64,000 nt of DNA from an uncultured bacterium. GTDB taxonomy: Bacteria > Chloroflexota > UBA5177 > JANWHV01. This document shows, piece by piece, positions 59,080 through 64,000 of this stretch; the first letter of the stretch is position 1; every line of letters begins with the position of its first letter. The stretch covers positions 800,001 through 864,000 of the forward strand of contig CAVSOU010000010.1 in NCBI GenBank assembly GCA_963729625.1, written 5' to 3'. The notes under the pieces are model-generated. The model was given only the letters and a program-made list of their open reading frames with translations. It searched no databases and was not told where the DNA came from. The translations under genes were made by a program, and so were the position numbers.

Positions 59080-59875
59080 GAACCTGCTCCACGGTTTGAA
59101 GCACGGCGGTCCGGGGCAGCTTGGCCCCGCCCTGCGCAAGTGTGGTCAGCGTGGCATGGGCAAGCGCGAGCGGAATGGCGCAGAACTCGCACACCGGTCC
59201 CGCCGGGAGCGCACCTGTGTAAGCGTCGGCGAGCGCAAGCTGGCGATAGGCATACGCAAACATGTGCTCATCACGCCAGCCGGCCGGGAAGAAGTCGACT
59301 CCTCGTCCCAGATCGTCGCGGCGATTGCGAAGTATGTTGACCGCCTGCAGACCTCTGCCGAACCCTACCGCCTCCGCGCGGCTGGTCTGCGTGCCATCGT
59401 GCCAGGACCACAGGTCGGAGAGTAGCAGTCCGACTGAGCCCGCGACGCCAAACGTGTACCGATCCAGGTCCATTTCGGACACAATGCGCCAGCTGTTCTC
59501 AGCCCAGCCGGCCATCCGCTCCGCCATGGTTGCAGTCGACTCCCACACACGGGGTGCGATGGCTCGAGGCGCAAGCAGCGCCCAATCGCCTATGCGCAGC
59601 GTTACGTCCTCCAGCACGGCCCTGTGCTCTCGGAACACGGAGCGGAAGCTTGCGGTGCTGAAGTCCGACTGCAGGATCCGGCTGATGGACCGCAACAGAA
59701 TAGCCTTCGAGTGGTTGTCGAGGGTGGGATGATCCTCTACCTGGTCGATGGCGCGCATGCACAGGTAGCCTGACATGACTGCCTCATGCAGTTGGCCCGG
59801 TAGCCTGCTGATTGGAATCGAGAAGGTGCGGCTGGTCTCTCTGAGAACGGTGAGTGCTTCATCCTGCATCGACAT
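59063..59875 (-). CDS. Squalene/phytoene synthase family protein (YisP-like)
   Basis: TSRTF, YLCMRAIDQVED, YTFGVAGSVG, GLQAVNILRN. Confidence 0.88.
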   Translation of the reverse strand: MSMQDEALTVLRETSRTFSIPISRLPGQLHEAVMSGYLCMRAIDQVEDHPTLDNHSKAILLRSISRILQSDFSTASFRSVFREHRAVLEDVTLRIGDWALLAPRAIAPRVWESTATMAERMAGWAENSWRIVSEMDLDRYTFGVAGSVGLLLSDLWSWHDGTQTSRAEAVGFGRGLQAVNILRNRRDDLGRGVDFFPAGWRDEHMFAYAYRQLALADAYTGALPAGPVCEFCAIPLALAHATLTTLAQGGAKLPRTAVLQTVEQVLERRH

Positions 59876-59890
59876 CGCTAGACACCCTTC

Positions 59891-60508
59891 CTATTGGAGC
59901 CCACCAGTCGACAACAATCGCAGGCCCGCCTTCAGCGCGCGCGCCGATCTCCACGAGTAGTAAGGCGCCAGACGAGCCAGCCAAGACAACTCCTTCCAGG
60001 ACGACCATCGCCGCACGGCGCGGAGGGGCCGTTCCCACTCGGCCGAGATCTCGCGACCCGCGCAGTCCAGCACCACCCGGACCGTCGCTGTCCGCGCACC
60101 AGTCTCCGCCAGCCTACCTGTCTCCATATCCACACCAACGAAACCACGGTCCGCCCAGGCTCTTCGTGCCGGGCCAACGACCATGCGTTGTGCCGTCAAC
60201 AGCGGACGACTGTCGAAGCTGATGCGCGCATCGTTCAATGCTGCGTGCAGTGCTTCCACGGCGTCGCGGTCGCAGTCGAAGAACCGCCCATCGGCGACAC
60301 CAACGCGCTCGGGAACCAAGAACGTGCCCGGCCGCACGTCGGCCGCCAGCGCGCCGGCAAGCCCGCAAACCAGGTAGAGACGATCGTGCTCCCATCGGCT
60401 CCGCCTTGACAGACCGGTTCCTGACCAGGTGACGTCCGCGCAGGGCAACACACACTTCGCTGCGACATATTCAAGGAGCGTCGGCGCCACAACTGCCGGG
60501 TGTCTCAT
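59891..60508 (-). CDS. Hopanoid-associated nucleoside phosphorylase (HpnG-like)
   Basis: CGLAGAL, VDMET, VRVVLD; cluster context. Confidence 0.75.
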   Translation of the reverse strand: MRHPAVVAPTLLEYVAAKCVLPCADVTWSGTGLSRRSRWEHDRLYLVCGLAGALAADVRPGTFLVPERVGVADGRFFDCDRDAVEALHAALNDARISFDSRPLLTAQRMVVGPARRAWADRGFVGVDMETGRLAETGARTATVRVVLDCAGREISAEWERPLRAVRRWSSWKELSWLARLAPYYSWRSARALKAGLRLLSTGGLQ

Positions 60509-60610
60509 CGCTGCTGGTCAGACGCTACACGCTACGCGCGTCGGTCCAAACCCTGGAGCCGCGAGGTTGCGCTGGGATTGCGAGCATGCGTGATTGCCCC
60601 CTGCCTGCGC

Positions 60611-61609
60611 TCAAACAGCATAGCCGTGGTCCGAATACCAGGTGACCGCGCGTTCCAGAGCCGCTACTATCGAGGTCGCCTCGTGGCCAAGCCCCTCGCG
60701 AGCTTTCCGATCGCTTACGAACATGTTGTGCCGCGCCATCCGCACGCCCTCCAGGGGCACAAGAGGCGAGCTGTCGCCCAGCTTACCACCCAACAAACGC
60801 AAGCGGACCTCCTCTGCCCAGCCCAAACCGAGGGCCAGACCATAGGGCACGCGGGCCGCAGGAGGCTTGCGTTTGCAGATCCCAGCCAGTATCTGCCAGA
60901 TCTGTGCGAGGCTCAGATTCTCGCCGCCGATCAGGTAGCGCTCTCCATCCTTGCCACGGTCCAGAGCGCGCAGGTGAGCCGTGGCGACATCCTCGACGGC
61001 AACGAGGTTCATGCCGCCGCCCAGGGTACCGAAAATGCGCCCGCGCATGAAGTCCACGACCATCTTCCCCGTCGGCGTCGGTTTCCAATCACCTGGTCCA
61101 ACCGGCGCCGTCGGCAGCACGAGCACCACAGGAAGACATGCCGCCAGCGCCACTCGCTCTTGCTCGCACTTCGAAGCATGGTACGAACGCGGTCCCGAAT
61201 CCCAGGCGTAATCCTCCTCGGTCGCCGGGCGAGTACCATGCGCATGACCTACGGTAGCCGAGCTGGACGTAACGACGGCACGCTCAACTCCGGCTTCTGC
61301 CGCGGCCTCCAGCAGCCCCGCACAGCCATGCACATTCGTTGCCCAGATGTCACCGCATTTCGCCGGCGCGAAGGTATAGAGCGCCGCGACGTGCACGAGA
61401 ATCCGGCACCCGCGCAGCACCGGTATGAGCGCGCCTGCTTCCCTCAGGTCACCCAACACCGGCGTGCACCCATCGACAACGGGCAGCGGTCGTGACGTTG
61501 GTCGCACCAGCGCCCGGACTGGGTATCCGGCGGAAATGAGCGCATGCAGTACGTGGCTGCCGACAAATCCACTGGCTCCCGTCAGGAAAACATCGTCACG
61601 CTGTGCCAT
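60611..61609 (-). CDS. hpnA: Hopanoid-associated sugar epimerase
   Basis: TGASGFVG, HVAALY, YHASK, PVGPGDWKPTPTG. Confidence 0.88.
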   Translation of the reverse strand: MAQRDDVFLTGASGFVGSHVLHALISAGYPVRALVRPTSRPLPVVDGCTPVLGDLREAGALIPVLRGCRILVHVAALYTFAPAKCGDIWATNVHGCAGLLEAAAEAGVERAVVTSSSATVGHAHGTRPATEEDYAWDSGPRSYHASKCEQERVALAACLPVVLVLPTAPVGPGDWKPTPTGKMVVDFMRGRIFGTLGGGMNLVAVEDVATAHLRALDRGKDGERYLIGGENLSLAQIWQILAGICKRKPPAARVPYGLALGLGWAEEVRLRLLGGKLGDSSPLVPLEGVRMARHNMFVSDRKAREGLGHEATSIVAALERAVTWYSDHGYAV

Positions 61610-61631
61610 TGCTCCCCCCTGCATGTCGCGG

Positions 61632-62678
61632 TCATTTCCTGTACGGCAGTGGCAGGGTCCTGGCGCTGCTGCGCAGTACGTCCAACGCCGCACGCAAGGA
61701 CTGATACGGTGAACGGACGGTCGCCAGCACCGCCGACGGCTCGTAGCCGCAATGCGCCATACAGTTGGCGCACCGCGGATCCTTACCGCGACCATACTGG
61801 TCCCAGTTGGTCGTTTCTATCAACTCTTTGTAGCTCTTCGCGTAGCCGTCTGCCATCAGGTAGCATGGTCGCTGCCAGCCAAATACCGAATAGCTGGGGA
61901 TGCCCCAAGCCGTGCATGAAAAATCGACCTTGCCTTCCAGGAAATCCAGGAAGAGCGGCGAATGGTTCAGGCGCCACTCGGACCGCCGACCGCCGGAAAA
62001 CGCCTTGCGAAAGAGCTGTCTGGTCCGCTTCACGCCCAGGAAATGGTCCTGGTCCGGAGCCTTCTCATAAGCGTAGCCAGGAGAGATCTGCATGCTATCG
62101 ACATGCAGGTCGTCGTTCAGAAAGTCAAGCACCGCGCGAATGCTGGCGGCATCATCCTGGGAGAAGAAGGTCGTGTTCGTGCAGACGCGGAAACCCCGCC
62201 GCTTCGCTTCTTTTATGGCCTCCACGGCCTTGCCGAACACGCCCGCTCGCGATACCGACTGGTCATGACGCTCGCGCAGTCCATCTACGTGCACCATCCA
62301 GGTGAAATATGGTGACGGCTTGAATTGGTCAAGCTTCTTGACCATAAGAAGCGCGTTGGTGCACAGGATCACGAGTTTGCGCCTGGCAATCAATGCGTCG
62401 ACGATCGCGCCTATTTCCCTGTGCACAAGCGGCTCTCCGCCGGCAATTGACACCACAGGCGCGCCGCACTCCTCAACCGCGTCGACACACTGCTGCACCG
62501 ACAGCCGGCGCGCAAGGATGTCGTCCGGGTGCTGGATCTTGCCGCAACCGGCGCAAGCAAGGTTGCACTGGAACAGGGGCTCCAGCTCGAGCACGAGAGG
62601 GTACTTCGCGCGCCCCTTCAGACGCTGCTCAATGATGTACCGAGCGACGAGGAAGTTCTGCCGCACCGTGAGTGCCAT
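61632..62678 (-). CDS. hpnH: Adenosylhopane synthase, radical SAM
   Basis: LEPLFQCNLACAGCGKI, YEKAPDQDHF, CANCMAHCGYE. Confidence 0.95.
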   Translation of the reverse strand: MALTVRQNFLVARYIIEQRLKGRAKYPLVLELEPLFQCNLACAGCGKIQHPDDILARRLSVQQCVDAVEECGAPVVSIAGGEPLVHREIGAIVDALIARRKLVILCTNALLMVKKLDQFKPSPYFTWMVHVDGLRERHDQSVSRAGVFGKAVEAIKEAKRRGFRVCTNTTFFSQDDAASIRAVLDFLNDDLHVDSMQISPGYAYEKAPDQDHFLGVKRTRQLFRKAFSGGRRSEWRLNHSPLFLDFLEGKVDFSCTAWGIPSYSVFGWQRPCYLMADGYAKSYKELIETTNWDQYGRGKDPRCANCMAHCGYEPSAVLATVRSPYQSLRAALDVLRSSARTLPLPYRK

Positions 62679-62756
62679 CAGTGGAAATCCTCACGAGAAT
62701 CAGGTATTTGACGAGAGCAAGTATACAGTATTATCCATTATGGGCAGTCAAGAGTT

Positions 62757-64000
62757 ATGAAGCACACCAGAGAAGGGGAGTCACACGTGGACGCGGCGTG
62801 CCGGCAGGCGGTCGACTGGTTGCTTGCGCGACAGGACCCCGCCGGCTGGTGGTGCGGGGAGCTGGAAACCAACGTGACCATGACCGTGGAGCACGTTCTC
62901 CTGCTCTGCTTTCTCGGCCTTGACTCCTATCGTGAGCGCATCAGGGAAGGTGCGATCCGGCACATCCAGGGATGTCAGCGTCGCGATGGGTCATGGAGCC
63001 TCTACTACGAAGGCGCCGCCGACGTGAGCACGACGATAGAGGCCTATGCCGCGCTGAAGGTGCTCGGCGTGGACCCGGAGTCTGAGTCGATGCGCCGCGC
63101 TCTCGCGGTTATCGTGAGGCTGGGCGGCGCGGCCAGGGCCAGGGTATTTACCAAGATCTGGCTCGCCATGTTCGGTCAGTACCCGTGGGAGGGCGTGCCG
63201 ACGATGCCGCCCGAGCTGGTGTACTTCCCTTCGAGCATCCCGCTAAACCTGTATGACTTCGCGTGCTGGGCCCGCGGCACTATCGCGCCATTGCTCATCG
63301 TGATCTCTCGCCGGCCAATCCGTCCGCTGGGCTGCTCGCTCCGAGAGCTAATCGTGCCGGGCTCCGAGCGGTTGCTCACGCGCGTGCCGGGCTCGGGATT
63401 TTTCTGGTGGCTCGACAAAGGCCTCAAACTCTACGAGCGCCTGCCATGGCACCCCGGCCGAGCCCGGGCCAGGCATCTGATCGCTCGATGGGTAGTCGAG
63501 CACCAGGAGGCTGACGGGAGCTGGGGAGGGATACAGCCGCCCTGGGTCTACTCGCTCATCGCGCTCAATCTGGAGGGCATGGATATCGATCACCCCATCA
63601 TGCGCAAGGGCATAGAAGGGCTGCAGGGGTTTCGTCGTCGAGGACCAAGGGGGTTGGCGCCTGCAGGCCTGCATGTCTCCGGTGTGGGATACCGCCTGGG
63701 CCATTCTGGCGCTAAGGCGCGCAGGCATCTCGGGAGAACACTCGAGCATTCGTCGTGCGGTCGAGTGGATTCTGGCGGAGCAGATCCATGGGGGCGGGGA
63801 TTGGCAAGTTCGGGTTGGGAACATCCCATGTGGTGGTTGGGCCTTCGAGTTTGAGAACGACATCTATCCCGATATCGATGACACCGCCGTCGTCGTACTC
63901 GCCTTGCTGGAAGCGGGCAATCGCATGCAGATCGCCGACGCTGTGGACCGCTCGGTAACGTGGACCATGGCTATGCGGTCGAAGAACGGCGCTTGGGCCG
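62757..64000 (+). CDS. shc: Squalene-hopene cyclase with a +1 frameshift near 63630; runs off the window
   Basis: QDPAGWW, STTIEAY, QEADGSWGGIQPPW; after the frame change QACMSPVWDTAW, GDW, GGWAFEFEN..YPDIDDTAVV (DxDD motif). Confidence 0.92.

Noticed and set aside
1-64000. Prophage, IS or defence island
   Set aside because: No integrase, transposase or phage structural genes; MazG-like and DUF488 genes are isolated, and the NB-ARC protein has a transcription-regulator architecture rather than an Avs-type effector

Overview
GC-rich bacterial chromosomal segment; gene families and promoter style suggest Chloroflexota or a related soil lineage, which is my inference only. I recognised no rRNA, tRNA, transposase, integrase or cas genes. 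All family assignments come from motif recognition, not database searches. From left to right: (1) a decayed GNAT gene, a short MerR regulator and a divergent cluster (two DUF4397-type exported proteins, an ATP10-like protein, a YbjT/DUF2867 SDR, a renalase-like flavoprotein, peroxiredoxin and amine-oxidase remnants), with five copies of a TTGACTA-N7/8-TAGTCAA palindrome at the promoters; (2) a membrane GGDEF-EAL protein with a Cys-rich N-terminal module; (3) kdpFABC with an extra upstream micropeptide, split kdpD and kdpE; (4) an old yellow enzyme, padR-modABC, ppk2, an SDR and ligA; (5) a signalling island made of a secreted 75-aa peptide, a Cys/His-finger SARP-NB-ARC-TPR regulator, an unannotated 38-aa peptide ending ASGAGCGWW, a DUF5317-like membrane protein with signal-peptidase-II-like Asp motifs, and a convergent membrane-sensor GGDEF/HD-GYP enzyme; (6) a GH13, a MazG-like protein, a Tat-exported Mo-oxidoreductase operon, a Rieske-less cytochrome b operon, threonine dehydratase, a gamma-CA-like protein and ferredoxin; (7) a hopanoid cluster (fni, GT2, squalene synthase-like, hpnG/A/H, frameshifted shc). 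The best candidate for an undescribed system is the peptide / DUF5317 / GGDEF-HD-GYP module at 37874-41182, which looks like a peptide-pheromone circuit wired to c-di-GMP.
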